DNA of 64,000 bases from Heterodontus francisci. Lineage: Eukaryota. The stretch is taken from assembly GCF_036365525.1 (NCBI RefSeq), contig NC_090378.1, positions 120,141,593 to 120,205,592 on the forward strand, given 5' to 3'. Positions 1-15,900 of the stretch are shown one piece after another. The notes beneath the pieces are model-generated. The model was not told the origin of the DNA, did no database searches, and worked only from the letters and a program-made list of their open reading frames with translations. The stretch's first letter is position 1, and the number at the start of each line of letters is the position of its first letter. The position numbers were made by a program, and so were the translations under genes.

Positions 1-3000
1 TAACTGAGGGATGTGTCAGTACAGGAGGTGGGACTGTGTGTCCATTATAATATATTATATATAACTGTGGGATGTGTCAGTGCGGGAGGTGGGACTGTGT
101 GTCAAATATTATATATTATAAATAACTGTGGGATGTGTCAGTACAGGAGGTGGGACTGTGTGTCCATTATTATATATTATATATAACTGTGGGATGTGTC
201 AGTGCGGGAGGTGGGACTGTGTGTCCAATATTACATATTATATATAACTGTGGGATGTGTCAGTGCGGGAGGTGGGACTTTGTGTCCATTATTATATATA
301 ATATATAACTGTGGGTTGTGTCAGTACAGGAGGTGGGACTGTGTGTCCATTATTATATATTATATATAACTGTGGGATGTGTCAGTGCGGGAGGTGGGAC
401 TGTTGTCCATTATTATATATTATATATAACTGTGGGATGTGTCAGTACAGGAGCTGGGACTGTTGTCCATTATTATATTTTATATATAAAGCTGTGGAAC
501 GTGTCAGTGCAGGAGGTGGGACTGTGCGTCCATTATTATATTTTGTATATAACAGTGAGATGTGTCAGTGCAGGAGGTGGGACTGTGTGTCCATTATTAT
601 ATAATATATATAACTGTCGGTTGTGTCAGTACAGGAGGTGGGAATGTGTGTTTATTATTACATATTATATATAACTGTGGGACGTGTCAGTGCAGGAGGT
701 GGGACTGTGTATCCATTATAATATTATATATAACTGTGGGATGTGTCAGTACAGGAGGTGGGACTGTGTGTCCATTATTGTATATGATATATAACTGTGA
801 GATGTGTCAGTACAGAAGGTGGGACTGTGTGTCCATTATTATATATTATATATAATTGTGGGATATGTCAGTACAGGAGGTGGGCCTGTGTGTCCATTAT
901 TACATATTATATATAATTGTGGGATATGTCAGTACAGGAGGTGGGACTGTGTGTCCATTATTGTATATGATATATAACTGTGAGATGTGTCAGTACTGAA
1001 GGTGGGACTGTGTGTCCATTATTATATATTATATATAACTGTGGGATGTGTCAGTACAGGAGGTGGGACTGTGTGTCCATTATTATATATTATATATAAT
1101 TGTGGGATATGTCAGTACAGGAGGTGGGACTGTGTGTCCATTATTGTAGATTATATATAACTGTGAGATGTTTCAGTACAGGAGGTGGGACTCTGTGTCC
1201 ATTATTATATATTATATATAACTGTGGGATGTGTCAGTACAGGAGGTGGGACTGTGTGTCCATTATAAGATTATATATAACTGTGGGATGTGTCAGTACA
1301 GGAGGTGCGACTCTGTGTCCATTCTTATATATTATATATAACTGTGGGATTTTTCAGTATAGGAGGTGGGACTGTGTGTCCATTATTGTATATTATATAT
1401 AACTGTGGGATATGTCAGTGCAGGAGGTGGGACTGTGTGTCCATAATTATATATTATATATAACTGTGTGACGTGTCAGTACAGGAGGTGGGACTGTGTA
1501 TCCATTATTATATATTATATATAACTGTGGGATATGTCAGTGCAGGAGGTGGGACTGTGTGTCCATAATTATATATTATATATAACTGTGGGACGTGACA
1601 GTACAGGAGGTGGGACTGTGTATCCATTATTATATATTATATATAACTGTGGGATATGTCAGTATAGGAGGTGGGACTGTGTGTCCATTATTATATATAA
1701 CTGAGGGATGTTTCAGTACAGGAGGTGGGACTGTGTGTCCATTATTATATATTATATATAACTGTGGGATGTGTCAGTGCGGGAGGTGGGACTGTGTGTC
1801 CAATATGATATATTATATATAACAGTGGGATGTGTCAGTGCAGGAGGTGGGACTGTGTGTCCATTATTATATATTATATATAACTGTGGGATGTGTCAGT
1901 ACAGTAGGTGGGACTGTGAGTCAATTATTATATATCATATATAACTGTGGAATATGTCAGTTTGGGAGGTGGGACCTTGTGTCCATTATTGTATATGATA
2001 TATAACTGTGAGAAGTGTCAGTACAGGAGGTGGGACTGTGTGTCCATTATTATATATTATATATAACTGTGGAATATGTCAGTATCGGAGGTGGGACTGT
2101 GTGTCCATTATTGTATATGATATATAACTGTGAGATGTGTCAGTGCAGGAGGCGGGACTGTGTGTCCATTATTATATATTATATATAACTGTGGGATGTG
2201 TCAGTATCGGAGGTGGGACTGTGTGTCCATTATTGTATATGATATATAACTGTGAGATGTGTCAGTACAGGAGGTGGGACTGTGGGCCAATTATTATATA
2301 TTATATATAACTGTGGGATGTGTCAGTATCGGAGGTGGGACTGTGTGTCCATTATTGTATATGATATATAACTGTGAGATGTGTCAGTACAGGAGGTGGG
2401 ACTGTGTGTCCATTATTATGTATTATATATAATTGTGGGATATGTCAGTACAGGAGGTGGGACTGTGTGTCCATTATTGTAGATTATATATGACTGTGAG
2501 ATGTGTCAGTACAGGAGGTGGGACTCTGTGTCCATTATTATATATTATATATAACTGTGGGATGTGTCAGTACAGGAGGTGGGACTGTGTGTCCATTATA
2601 AGATGATATATAACTGTGGGATTTGTCAGTATAGGAGGTGGGACTGTGTGTCCATTATTATATATGATATATAACTGTGTGATGTGTCAGTACAGGAGGT
2701 TGGACTGTGTGTCCATTATTATATATTATATATAACTGTGTGATGTGTCAGTACAGGAGGTGGGACTGTGTGCCCATGATTATATATTATATATAACTGT
2801 GGAACGTGTCAGTCGAGGAGGTGGGACTGTGTGTCCATTAATATTTATTATAGAGAACAGTGGGATGTGTCAGTGCAGGAGGTGGGGCTGTGTGTCCATT
2901 ATTATATGTTATATATAACTGTGGGTTGTGTCAGTAGAGGAGGTGGGACTGTGAGTCCATTATTATATATTATATATAACTGTGGGATGTGTCAGTGCGG

Positions 3001-6000
3001 GAGCTGGGACTATGTGTCCAATATTATATATTATGTATAACTGTGGGATGTGTCAGTGCAGGAGGTGGGACTGTTGTCCATTATTATATATTATATATAA
3101 CTGTGGGATGTGTCAGTGCAGGAGGTGGGACTGTGTGTCCAATATTATATATTATATATAACTGTGGGATGTGTCAGTACAGGAGCTGGGACTGTGTGTC
3201 CATTATTATATATTATGTATAACTGTGGGATGTGTCAGTGCAGGAGGTGGTACTGTTGTCCATTATTATATATTATATATAACTGTGGGATGTGTCAGTG
3301 CAGGAGGTATGACTGTGTGTCCAATATTATATATTATGTATAACTGTGGGATGTGTCAGTGCAGGAGCTGGGACTGTGTGTCCATCATTATATTTTATAT
3401 ATAAAGCTGTGGAACGTGTCAGTGCAGGAGTTGGAACCATGTGTCCATTATTATATATTATATATAACTGTGGGACGTGTCAGTACAGGAGGTGGGACTG
3501 TGTGTCCATTATTATATATTATATATAACTGTGGGATGTTTCAGTACAGGAGGTGGGACTGTGTGTCCATTATTATATATTATATATAACTGAGGGATGT
3601 TTCAGTACAGGAGGTGGGACTGTGTGTCCATTATTATATATTATATATGACTGAGGGATGTTTCAGTACAGGAGGTGGGACTGTGTGTCCATTATTATAT
3701 ATTATATATAACTGTGGGATGTGTCAGTACAGGAGGTGCGACTGTGTGTCCATTATTATGTATGATATATAACTGTGGGATGTGGCAGTACAGGAGCTGG
3801 GACTGTGTGTCCATTATTATGTATTATATATAATTGTGGAATGTGTCAGTACAGGAGGTGGGACTGTGTGTCCAATATTATATATTATATATAACTGTGG
3901 GATGTGTCAGTACAGGAGCTGGGACTGTGTGTCCATTATTATATATTATGTATAACTGTGGGATGTGTCAGTACAGGAGCTGGGACTGTGTGTCCATTAT
4001 TATATATTATGTATAACTGTGGGATGTGTCAGTACAGGAGGTGGGACTGTGTGTACATTATTATATATTATATATAACTGTGGGATGTGTCAGTGCAGGA
4101 GCTGGGACTGTTGTCCATTATTATATATTATATATAACTGTGGGATGTGTCAGTGCAGGAGGTGGGACTGTGTGTCCATTATTATATATTATATATAACT
4201 GAGGGATGTTTCAGTACAGGAGGTGCGACTGTGTGTCCATTATTATGTATGATATATAACTGTGGGATGTGGCAGTACAGGAGCTGGGACTGTGTGTCCA
4301 TTATTATATATTATGTATAACTGTGGGATGTGTCAGTACAGGAGGTGGGACTGTGTGTACATTATTATATATTATATATAACTGTGGGATGTGTCAGTAC
4401 AGTAGGTGGGACTGTGAGTCAATTATTATATATTATATATAACTGTGGGATGTGTCAGTGCGGGAGGTGGGACTGTGTGTCCATTATTATATATTATATA
4501 TAACTGTGGGATGTGTCAGTGCAGGAGCTGGGACTGTTGTCCATTATTATATATTATATATAACTGTGGGATGTGTCAGTGCAGGAGGTGGGACTGTGTG
4601 TCCAATATTATATATTATATATAACTGTGGGATGTGTCAGTACAGGAGCTGGGACTGTGTGTCCATTATTATATATTATGTATAACTGTGGGATGTGTCA
4701 GTGCAGGAGGTGGGACTGTTGTCCATTATTATATATTATATATAACTGTGGGATGTGTCAGTGCAGGAGGTGGGACTGTGTGTCCAATATTATATATTAT
4801 GTATAACTGTGGGATGTGTCAGTGCAGGAGCTGGGACTGTGTGTCCATTATTATATTTTATATATAAAGCTGTGGAACGTGTCAGTGCAGGAGTTGGAAC
4901 CATGTGTCCTTTATTATATATTATATATAACTGTGGGATGTGTCAGTGCAGGAGGTGGGACTGTGTATCCATTATTATATATTATATATAACTGAGGGAT
5001 GTTTCAGTACAGGAGGTGGGACTGTGTGTCCATTATTATATATTATATATAACTGTGGGATGTGTAAGTGCAGGAGGTGCGACTGTGTGTCCATTATTAT
5101 GTATTATATATAACTGTGGGATGTGTCAGTACAGGAGCTGGGACTGTGTGTCCATTATTATGTATTATATATAATTGTGGGATGTGTCAGTACAGTAGGT
5201 GGGACTGTGAGTCAATTATTATATATTATATATAACTGTGGGATGTGTCAGTGCGGGAGGTGGGACTGTGTGTCCATTATTATATATTATGTATAACTGT
5301 GGGATGTGTCAGTACAGGAGGTGGGACTGTGTGTACATTATTATATATTATACATAACTGTGGGATGTGTCAGTACAGTAGGTGGGACTGTGAGTCAATT
5401 ATTATATATTATATATAACTGTGGGATGATTCAGTGCGGGAGGTGGGACTGTGTGTCCATTATTATATATTATATATAACTGAGGGATGTTTCAGTACAG
5501 GAGGTGGGACTGTGTGTCCATTATTATATATTATATATAACTGTGGGATTTGTCAGTATAGGAGGTGGGACTGTCTGTCCATTATTATATATTATATATA
5601 ACTGTGTGATGTGTCAGTACAGGAGGTGGGACTGCGTGTCCATATTTATATATTATATATAAGTGTGGGACGTGTCAGTGCAGGAGGTGGGACTGTGTAT
5701 CCATTATTATATATTATATATTACTGAGGGATGTTTCAGTACAGGAGGTGGGACTGTGTGTCCATTATTATATATTATATATAACTGTGGGATGTGTCAG
5801 TGCAGGAGGTGCGACTGTGTGTCCATTAATATATATTACATATAACTGTGGGATGTGTCAGTACAGGAGCTGGGACTGTGTGTTCATTATTATAGATTAT
5901 ATATAACTGTGGGATGTGTCAGTACAGGAGGTGGGACTGTGTGTCCATTATTAAATATTATATATAACTGTGGGATGTGTCAGTACAGTAGGTGGGACTG

Positions 6001-7239
6001 TGAGTCAATTATGATATATTATATATAACTGTGGGATGTGTCAGTGCGGGAGGTGGGACTCTGTGTCCATTATTATATGTTATATATAACTGTGGGATGT
6101 GTCAGTACAGGAGGTGGGACTGTGTGTCCATTATAAGATTATATATAACTGTGGGATGTGTCAGTACAGGAGGTGGGACTGTGTGCCCATTATTATATAT
6201 TAAATATAACTGTGGGATTTGTCAGTATAGGAGGTGGGACTGTGTGTCCTTTATTGTTTATTATATATAAATGTGAGATGTGTCAGTACAGGAGGACCGA
6301 CTGTGTGTCCATTATTATATATTATATATAACTGTGGGATTTGTCAGTATAGGATGTGGGACTGTGTGTCCTTTATTGTATATTATATATAACTGTGAGA
6401 TGTGTCAGTACAGGAGGATTGACTGTGTGTCCATTATTATATATTATATATAACTTTGGGATTTGTCAGTATAGGAGGTGGGACTGTGTGTCCATTATTA
6501 TATATTATATATAACTGTGTGATGTGTCAGTACAGGAGGTGGGACTGTGTGCCCATTATTATATATTATATATAACTGTGTGATGTGTCAGTACAGGAGG
6601 TTGGACTGTGTGTCCATTATTATATATTATATATAACTGTGTGATGTGTCAGTACAGGAGGTGGGACTGTGTGCCCATGATTATATATTATATATAACTG
6701 TGGAACGTGTCAGTCGAGGAGGTGGGACTGTGTGTCCATTAATATTTATTATCGAGAACAGTGGGATGTGTCAGTACAGGAGGTGGGGCTGTGTGTCCAT
6801 TATTATATGTTATATATAACTGTGGGATGTGTCAGTAGAGGAGGTGGGACTGTGTGTCCATTATTATATATTATATATAACTGTGGGATGTGTCAGTGCG
6901 GGAGGTGGGACTTTGTGTCCAATATTATATATTATGTATAACTGTGGGATGTGTCAGTGCAGGAGGTGGGACTGTTGTCCATTATTATATATTATATATA
7001 ACTGTGGGATGTGTCAGTGCAGGAGGTGGGACTGTGTGTCCAATATTATATATTATATATAACTGTGGGATGTGTCAGTACAGGAGCTGGGACTGTGTGT
7101 CCATTATTATATATTATGTATAACTGTGGGATGTGTCAGTGCAGGAGGTGGGACTGTTGTCCATTATTATATATTATATATAACTGTGGAACATGTCAGT
7201 CGAGGAGCTGGGACTGTGTGTCCATTATTATGTATTATA

Positions 7240-10200
7240 TATAATTGTGGGATGTGTCAGTACAGTAGGTGGGACTGTGAGTCAATTATTATATATTATA
7301 TATAACTGTGGGATGTGTCAGTGCGGGAGGTGGGACTGTGTGTCCATTATTATATATTATGTATAACTGTGGGATGTGTCAGTACAAGAGGTGGGACTGT
7401 GAGTACATTATTATATATTATATATAACTGTGGGATGTGTCAGTACAGTAGGTGGGACTGTGAGTCAATTATTATATATTATATATAACTGTGGGATGTG
7501 TCAGTGCGGGAGGTGGGACTGTGTGTCCATTATTATATATTATATATAACTGTGGGATGTGTCAGTGCAGGAGCTGGGACTGTGTGTTCATTATTATAGA
7601 TTATATATAACTGTAGGATTTGTCAGTGCAGGAGGTGGGACTGTGTCTCCATTATTATAAATTATATAAAGCTGTGGAACGTGTCAGTTGAGGAGGTGGG
7701 ACTGTGCGTACATTATTATATATTATATATAACTGTGGAACATGTCAGTCGAGAAGGTGGGACTGTGCGTCCATTATTATATATTATATATAACTGTGGA
7801 ACATGTCAGTCGAGGAGGTGGGACTGTGTGTCCCATATTACATATTGTATATAACTGTGGGATGTGTCAGTGCAGGTGGTGGGACCGTGTGTCCATTATT
7901 ATATGCTATATATAACTGTGGGATGTGTCAGTGCAGGAGGTGGGGCTGTGTGCCCAATATTATATATTATATATAACTGTGGGATGTGTCAGTTAAGGAG
8001 GTGGGTCTGTGTGTCCCATATTACATATTATATATAACTGCGGGATGTGTCAGTGCAGGTGGTGGGACCGTGTCTCCATTATTAAATGCTATATATAACT
8101 GTGGGATGTGTCAGTGCAGGAGGTGGGGCTGTGTGTCCAATATTATATATTATATATTATTGTGGGATGTGTCAGTGCAGGAGGTGGGAATGTGTGTCCA
8201 TTATTATATTTTATATATAAAGGTGTGGAACGTGTCATTGCAGGAGGTGGGACTGTTGTCCATTATTATATATTATATATAACTGTGGGATGTGTCAGTG
8301 CAGGAGGTGGGACTGTTGTCCATTATAATATATTATATATAACTGTGGGATGTGTCAGTGCAGGAGGTGGGATTGTTGTCCATTATAATATATTATATAT
8401 AACTGTGGGATGTGTCAGTACAGGAGGTGGGACAGTGTGTCCATTATTATATTATTTATAACTGTGGGATGTGTCAGTACAGGAGGTGGGACTGTGTGTC
8501 CATTATTATATATTATATATAACTGTGGAATATGTCAGTATCGGAGGAGGGACCTTGTGTCCATTATTGTATCTGACAAATAACTGTGAGATATGTCAGT
8601 ACAGGAGGTGGGACTGTGTGTCCATTATTATATATTCTATATAACTGTCGAATATGTCAGTATCGGAGGTGGGACTGTGTGTCCATTATTGTATATGATA
8701 TATAACTGTGAGATGTGTCAGTACAGGAGGTGGGACTGTGTGGCCATTATTATATATTACATAGAACTGTGGGAGGTGTCAGTACAGGAGGTGGGGCTGT
8801 GTGTCCAATATTATATATTATATATAACTGTGGGATGTGTCAGTTAAGGAGGTGGGTCTGTGTGTCCAATATTATATATTATATATAACTGTGGGATGTG
8901 TCAGTGCAGGAGGTGGGGCTGTGTGTCCAATATTATATATTATATATAACTGTGGGATGTGTCAGTTAAGGAGGTGGGTCTGTGTGTCCCATATTATATA
9001 TTATATATAACTGTGGGATGTGTCAGTGCAGGAGGTGGGGCTGTGTGTCCAATATTATATATTATATATTATTGTGGGATGTGTCAGTGCAGGAGGTGGG
9101 AATGTGTGTCCATTATTATATTTTATATATAAAGGTGTGGAACGTGTCATTGCAGGAGGTGGGACTGTTGTCCATTATTATATATTATATATAACTGTGG
9201 GATGTGTCAGTACAGTAGGTGGGACTGTGAGTCAATTATTATATATTATATATAACTGTGGGATGTGTCAGTGCGGGAGGTGGGACTGTGTGTCCATTAT
9301 TATATATTATGTATAACTGTGGGATGTGTCAGTACAAGAGGTGGGACTGTGAGTACATTATTATATATTATATATAACTGTGGGATGTGTCAGTACAGTA
9401 GGTGGGACTGTGAGTCAATTATTATATATTATATATAACTGTGGGATGTGTCAGTGCGGGAGGTGGGACTGTGTGTCCATTATTATATATTATATATAAC
9501 TGTGGGATGTGTCAGTGCAGGAGCTGGGACTGTGTGTTCATTATTATAGATTATATATAACTGTAGGATTTGTCAGTGCAGGAGGTGGGACTGTGTCTCC
9601 ATTATTATAAATTATATAAAGCTGTGGAACGTGTCAGTTGAGGAGGTGGGACTGTGCGTACATTATTATATATTATATATAACTGTGGAACATGTCAGTC
9701 GAGAAGGTGGGACTGTGCGTCCATTATTATATATTATATATAACTGTGGAACATGTCAGTCGAGGAGGTGGGACTGTGTGTCCCATATTACATATTGTAT
9801 ATAACTGTGGGATGTGTCAGTGCAGGTGGTGGGACCGTGTGTCCATTATTATATGCTATATATAACTGTGGGATGTGTCAGTGCAGGAGGTGGGGCTGTG
9901 TGCCCAATATTATATATTATATATAACTGTGGGATGTGTCAGTTAAGGAGGTGGGTCTGTGTGTCCCATATTACATATTATATATAACTGCGGGATGTGT
10001 CAGTGCAGGTGGTGGGACCGTGTCTCCATTATTAAATGCTATATATAACTGTGGGATGTGTCAGTGCAGGAGGTGGGGCTGTGTGTCCAATATTATATAT
10101 TATATATTATTGTGGGATGTGTCAGTGCAGGAGGTGGGAATGTGTGTCCATTATTATATTTTATATATAAAGGTGTGGAACGTGTCATTGCAGGAGGTGG

Positions 10201-11140
10201 TACTGTTGTCCATTATTATATATTATATATAACTGTGGGATGTGTCAGTGCAGGAGGTGGGACTGTTGTCCATTATAATATATTATATATAACTGTGGGA
10301 TGTGTCAGTGCAGGAGGTGGGATTGTTGTCCATTATAATATATTATATATAACTGTGGGATGTGTCAGTACAGGAGGTGGGACAGTGTGTCCATTATTAT
10401 ATTATTTATAACTGTGGGATGTGTCAGTACAGGAGGTGGGACTGTGTGTCCATTATTATATATTATATATAACTGTGGAATATGTCAGTATCGGAGGAGG
10501 GACCTTGTGTCCATTATTGTATCTGACAAATAACTGTGAGATATGTCAGTACAGGAGGTGGGACTGTGTGTCCATTATTATATATTCTATATAACTGTCG
10601 AATATGTCAGTATCGGAGGTGGGACTGTGTGTCCATTATTGTATATGATATATAACTGTGAGATGTGTCAGTACAGGAGGTGGGACTGTGTGGCCATTAT
10701 TATATATTACATAGAACTGTGGGAGGTGTCAGTACAGGAGGTGGGGCTGTGTGTCCAATATTATATATTATATATAACTGTGGGATGTGTCAGTTAAGGA
10801 GGTGGGTCTGTGTGTCCAATATTATATATTATATATAACTGTGGGATGTGTCAGTGCAGGAGGTGGGGCTGTGTGTCCAATATTATATATTATATATAAC
10901 TGTGGGATGTGTCAGTTAAGGAGGTGGGTCTGTGTGTCCCATATTATATATTATATATAACTGTGGGATGTGTCAGTGCAGGAGGTGGGGCTGTGTGTCC
11001 AATATTATATATTATATATTATTGTGGGATGTGTCAGTGCAGGAGGTGGGAATGTGTGTCCATTATTATATTTTATATATAAAGGTGTGGAACGTGTCAT
11101 TGCAGGAGGTGGGACTGTTGTCCATTATTATATATTATAT
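7240..11140. repeat. Higher-order tandem duplication, period 1950 bp (about 32 monomers); boundaries approximate
   Basis: Diagnostic variants and ORFs recur at +1950 (7986/9936, 8108/10058, 8593/10543, 8982/10932), e.g. ATCTGACAAATAACT and ATAGAACTGTGGGAGG. Confidence 0.85.
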
Positions 11141-12930
11141 ATAACTGTGGGATGTGTCAGTGCAGGAGGTGGGACTGTTGTCCATTATAATATATTATAT
11201 ATAACTGTGGGATGTGTCAGTACAGGAGGTGGGACTGTGTGTCCATTATTATATTATTTATAACTGTGGGATGTGTCAGTACAGGAGGTGGGACTGTGTT
11301 TCCATTATTATATTTTATATATAAAGCTGTGGAATGTGTCAGTGCAGGAGGTGGGACTGTTGTCCATTATAATATATTATATATAACTGTGGGATGTGTC
11401 AGTGCAGGAGGTGGGACTGTTGTCCATTATAATATATTATATATAACTGTGGGATGTGTCAGTACAGGAGGTGGGACTGTGTGTCCATTATTATATTATT
11501 TATAACTGTGGGATGTGTCAGTACAGGAGGTGGGACTGTGTGTCCATTATTATATATTATATATAACTGTGGAATATGTCAGTATCGGAGGAGGGACCTT
11601 GTGTCCATTATTGTATCTGACAAATAACTGTGAGATATGTCAGTACAGGAGGTGGGACTGTGTGTCCATTATTATATATTCTATATAACTGTCGAATATG
11701 TCAGTATCGGAGGTGGGACTGTGTGTCCATTATTGTATATGATATATAACTGTGAGATGTGTCAGTACAGGAGGTGGGACTGTGTGGCCATTATTATATA
11801 TTATATAGAACTGTGGGATGTGTCAGTACAGGAGGTGGGGCTGTGTGTCCAATATTATATATTATATATAACTGTGGGATGTGTCAGTTAAGGAGGTGGG
11901 TCTGTGTGTCCAATATTATATATTATATATAACTGTGGGATGTGTCAGTGCAGGAGGTGGGGCTGTGTGTCCAATATTATATATTATATATAACTGTGGG
12001 ATGTGTCAGTTAAGGAGGTGGGTCTGTGTGTCCCATATTATATATTATATATAACTGTGGGATGTGTCAGTGCAGGAGGTGGGGCTGTGTGTCCAATATT
12101 ATATATTATATATTATTGTGGGATGTGTCAGTGCAGGAGGTGGGAATGTGTGTCCATTATTATATTTTATATATAAAGGTGTGGAACGTGTCATTGCAGG
12201 AGGTGGGACTGTTGTCCATTATTATATATTATATATAACTGTGGGATGTGTCAGTGCAGGAGGTGGGACTGTTGTCCATTATAATATATTATATATAACT
12301 GTGGGATGTGTCAGTACAGGAGGTGGGACTGTGTGTCCATTATTATATTATTTATAACTGTGGGATGTGTCAGTACAGGAGGTGGGACTGTGTTTCCATT
12401 ATTATATTTTATATATAAAGCTGTGGAATGTGTCAGTGCAGGAGGTGGGACTGTTGTCCATTATAATATATTATATATAACTGTGGGATGTGTCAGTGCA
12501 GGAGGTGGGACTGTTGTCCATTATAATATATTATATATAACTGTGGGATGTGTCAGTACAGGAGGTGGGACTGTGTGTCCATTATTATATTATTTATAAC
12601 TGTGGGATGTGTCAGTACAGGAGGTGGGACTGTGTGTCCATTATTATATATTATATATAACTGTGGAATATGTCAGTATCGGAGGAGGGACCTTGTGTCC
12701 ATTATTGTATATGACAAATAACTGTGAGATATGTCAGTACAGGAGGTGGGACTGTGTGTCCATTATTATATATTCTATATAACTGTCGAATATGTCAGTA
12801 TCGGAGGTGGGACTGTGTGTCCATTATTGTATATGATATATAACTGTGAGATGTGTCAGTACAGGAGGTGGGACTGTGTGGCCATTATTATATATTATAT
12901 AGAACTGTGGGATGTGTCAGTACAGGAGGT
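10400..12930. repeat. Higher-order tandem repeat, period 1094 bp (about 18 monomers); boundaries approximate
   Basis: ORFs and variants recur at +1094 (10543/11637/12731, 10970/12064, 11212/12306). Confidence 0.85.
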
Positions 12931-15900
12931 GGGACTGTTGTCCATTATTATATATTATATATAATTGTGGGATGTGTCAGTGCAGGAGGTGGCAATGTGT
13001 GTCCATTATTATATATTATATACAACTGTGGGATGTGTCAGTGCGGGAGGTGGGACTGTTGTCCATTATTATATATTATATATAACTGTGGGATGTGTCA
13101 GTGCAGGAGCTGGGACTGTGTGTTCATTATTATAGATTATATATAACTGTAGGATTTGTCAGTGCGGGAGGTGGGACTGTGTCTCCATTATTATAAATTA
13201 TATAAAGCTGTGGAACGTGTCAGTTGAGGAGTTGGGACTGTGCGTACATTATTATATATTATATATAACTGTGGAACATGTCAGTCGAGGAGCTGGGACT
13301 GTGTGTCCATTATTATGTATTATATATAATTGTGGGATGTGTCAGTACAGTAGGTGGGACTGTGAGTCAATTATTATATATTATATATAACTGTGGGATG
13401 TGTCAGTGCGGGAGGTGGGACTGTGTGTCCATTATTATATATTATGTATAACTGTGGGATGTGTCAGTACAGGAGGTGGGACTGTGTGTACATTATTATA
13501 TATTATATATAACTGTGGGATGTGTCAGTACAGTAGGTGGGACTGTGAGTCAATTATTATATATTATATATAACTGTGGGATGTGTCAGTGCGGGAGGTG
13601 GGACTGTGTGTCCATTATTATATATTATATATAACAGTGGGATGTGTCAGTGCAGGAGCTGGGACTGTGTGTTCATTATTATAGATTATATATAACTGTA
13701 GGATTTGTCAGTGCAGGAGGTGGGACTGTGTCTCCATTATTATAAATTATATAAAGCTGTGGAACGTGTCAGTTGAGGAGGTGGGACTGTGCGTACATTA
13801 TTATATATTATATATAACTGTGGAACATGTCAGTCGAGGAGGTGGGACTGTGCGTCCATTATTATATATTATATATAACTGTGGAACATGTCAGTCGAGG
13901 AGGTGGGACTGTGTGTCCCATATTACATATTATATATAACTGTGGGATGAGTCAGTGCAGGTGGTGGGACCGTGTGTCCATTATTATATGCTATATATAA
14001 CTGTGGGATGTGTCAGTGCAGGAGGTGGGGCTGTGTGTCCAATATTATATATTATATATAACTGTGGGATGTGTCAGTTAAGGAGGTGGGACTGTGTGTC
14101 CATTATTATATATTATATATAACTGTGGGATGTGTCAGTACAGGAGGTGGGACTGTGAGTCCATTATTATATAATATATATAACTGTGGGATGTGTCAGT
14201 ACAGGAGGTGGGGCTGTGTGTCCATTATTATATATTATATATAACTGTGGGATGTGTCAGTACAGGAGGTGGGGCTGTGTGTCCATTATTATATATTATA
14301 TATAACTGTGGGATGTGTCAGTACAGGAGGTGGGACTGTGAGTCCATTATTATATATTATATATAACTGTGGGATGTGTCAGTGCAGGAGGTGGGGCTGT
14401 GTGTCCAATATTATATATTATATATTATTGTGGGATGTGTCAGTGCAGGAGGTGGGAATGTGTGTCCATTATTATATTTTATATATAAAGGTGTGGAACG
14501 TGTCATTGCAGGAGGTGGGACTGTTGTCCATTATTATATATTATATATAACTGTGGGATGTGTCAGTACAGGAGGTGGGACTGTGTGTCCATTATTATAT
14601 TATTTATAACTGTGGGATGTGTCAGTACAGGAGGTGGGACTGTGTGTTCATTATTATTTATTCTATATAACTGTGGAATATGTCAGTATCGGAGGTGGGA
14701 CTGTGTCTCCATTATTGTATATGATATATCACTGTGAGATGTGTCAGTACAGGAGGTGGGACTGTGTGGCCATTATTATATATTATATAGAACTGTGGGA
14801 TGTGTCAGTACAGGTGGTGGGACTGTTGTCCATTATTATATATTATATACAACTGTGGGATGTGTCAGTGCGGGAGGTGGGACTGTTGTCCATTATTATA
14901 TATTATATATAACTGTGGGACGTGTCAGTACAGGAGGTGGGACTGTGTATCCATTATTATATATTATATATAACTGAGGGATGTTTCAGTACAGGAGGTG
15001 GGACTGTGTGTCCATTATTATATATTATATATAACTGTGGGATTTGTCAGTATAGGAGGTGGGACTGCATGTCCATATTTACATATTTTATATCAGTTTG
15101 GGACGTGTCAGTACAGGAGGTGGGACTGTGTATCCATTATTATATATTATATATTACTGAGGGATGTTTCAGTGCAGGAGGTGGGACTGTGTGTCCATTA
15201 TTATATATTATATATAACTGTGGGATGTGTCAGTGCAGGAGGTGCGACTGTGTTTCCATTAATATATATTACATATAACTGTGGGATGTGTCAGTACAGG
15301 AGCTGGGACTGTGTGTTCATTATTATAGATTATATATAACTGTTGGATGTGTCAGTACAGGAGGTGGGACTGTGTGTCCATTATTATATATTATATATAA
15401 CTGTGGGATGTGTCAGTACAGTAGGTGGGACTGTGAGTCAATTATTATATATTATATATAACTGTGGGATTTGTCAGTATAGGAGGTGGGACTGTGTGTC
15501 CTTTATTGTTTATTATATATAACTGTGAGATGTGTCAGCACAGGAGGACCGACTGTGTGTCCATTATTATATATTATATATAACTGTGGGATATGTCAGT
15601 GCAGGAGGTGGGACTGTGTGTCCATTATTATATATTATATATAACTGTGTAATGTGTCAGTACAGGAGGTGGGACTGCGTGCCCATTATTATATATTATA
15701 TATAACTGTGGAACGTGTCAGTCGAGGGGGTGGGACTGTGTGTCCATTAATATATATTATATATAACTGTGGGATGTGTCAGTGCAGGTGGTGGGACCGT
15801 GTGTCCATTATTATATGTTATATATAACTGTGGGATGTGTCAGTACAGGAGCTGGGACTGTGTGTTCATTATTATAGATTATATATAACTGTGGGATGTG

